Assembly: GCA_043228905.1 (NCBI GenBank)
Contig: JBHGNT010000005.1
Span: forward strand, 16,926,001-16,990,000
DNA: 64,000 nucleotides
Source: Azolla caroliniana
Lineage: Eukaryota > Plantae > Polypodiophyta
Direction of reading: 5' to 3'
Position numbers and translations under genes: made by a program. The notes under the pieces were generated by a model. It had not been told where the DNA came from. It did no database searches and worked only from the letters and a program-made list of their open reading frames with translations. Each line of letters begins with the position of its first letter. The first letter of the stretch is position 1. Positions 63,573 through 64,000 of the stretch are shown in pieces.

Positions 63573-64000
63573 AATAGATGATATATTATATGAAGAGTAT
63601 GTACAAGATGGCTATGAGGCTTAAGACTGGCGTTGAGTCAATTTGGTTCAACATAATGCATTGTGCCTCCATTTATAGTGTTCTCAGGAGGAGTCCTGAA
63701 GCTTCTTGAATGTTCCAGGGAAATCTAGAATATACATTAATTTCCTATAATAAAACTTAAATGAAAATAATATCTTACGTATTACAATAGATGGTATAAT
63801 GGTCATGGGTTCGAGTCTTGCCATATCATGACAGTCGAAGGATTTACACTTGCAAGAATCCTAGATATGGGCACAGATGAAGAACCATTATGAGGAAGTG
63901 GTTGCGATTACTAAGCGAGAAATCGAAAACCTCAAAAAAACCCTGGAAGAAGCACAAAACCGCTCCCAAGTGATAACAGATAACGTACGCATACTTCTTC
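60186..64000 (+). mobile_element. 5'-truncated non-chromovirus Ty3 element. Integrase ~60186-61295; extra ORF from 61653 to beyond the window edge
   Basis: Motifs GH..CKQCDLCQ, KWGLEF, DYCTKWVE, SDQGSHF, YYPQANG and NGFRLKPY, with several nonsense codons. Confidence 0.88.
63418..63833 (-). mobile_element. Solo LTR with (CT)n(GAT)n microsatellites, an HSE and a deleted tRNA-like module
   Basis: TG..CA termini; the end catgaca resembles the Tcn1-like LTRs. The flanks GCTAG and GTCGA differ only by transitions, and removal with a 5-bp TSD restores the host frame GRLEDLHLQES. Confidence 0.75.

Overview
Eukaryotic land-plant DNA, probably from a non-seed plant (inferred from the retrotransposon lineages present). 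The first ~13 kb is AT-rich and holds one intact 8-exon short-chain dehydrogenase gene (TIC32/RDH12-like, 6480..12093, 321 aa) plus old DNA-transposon and LINE debris. From ~13.26 kb to the end is a deeply nested LTR-retrotransposon island. It contains two Ty1/copia elements with TSDs (one with apparently identical LTRs), one intact young chromovirus, a self-priming Tcn1/sushi-like chromovirus, tRNA-Trp-primed Ty3 elements with 4-bp TSDs, non-chromovirus Ty3 elements with an extra ORF after integrase, and several solo LTRs. The most unusual signals are non-coding. (1) A tRNA-like Pol III A-box/B-box module sits antisense in the U3 of seven LTR copies from two unrelated Ty3 lineages, in one lineage together with perfect heat-shock elements. 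(2) The intact chromovirus has a 1.7-kb leader with five regularly spaced hairpins, bracketed by splice signals that would remove the PBS and the array. (3) A 19.5-kb Ty3 block is bounded by inverted LTR ends yet flanked by a single TSD. (4) A tRNA-3'-end-like sequence sits where a PPT is expected. All alignments were done by eye and no searches were run.
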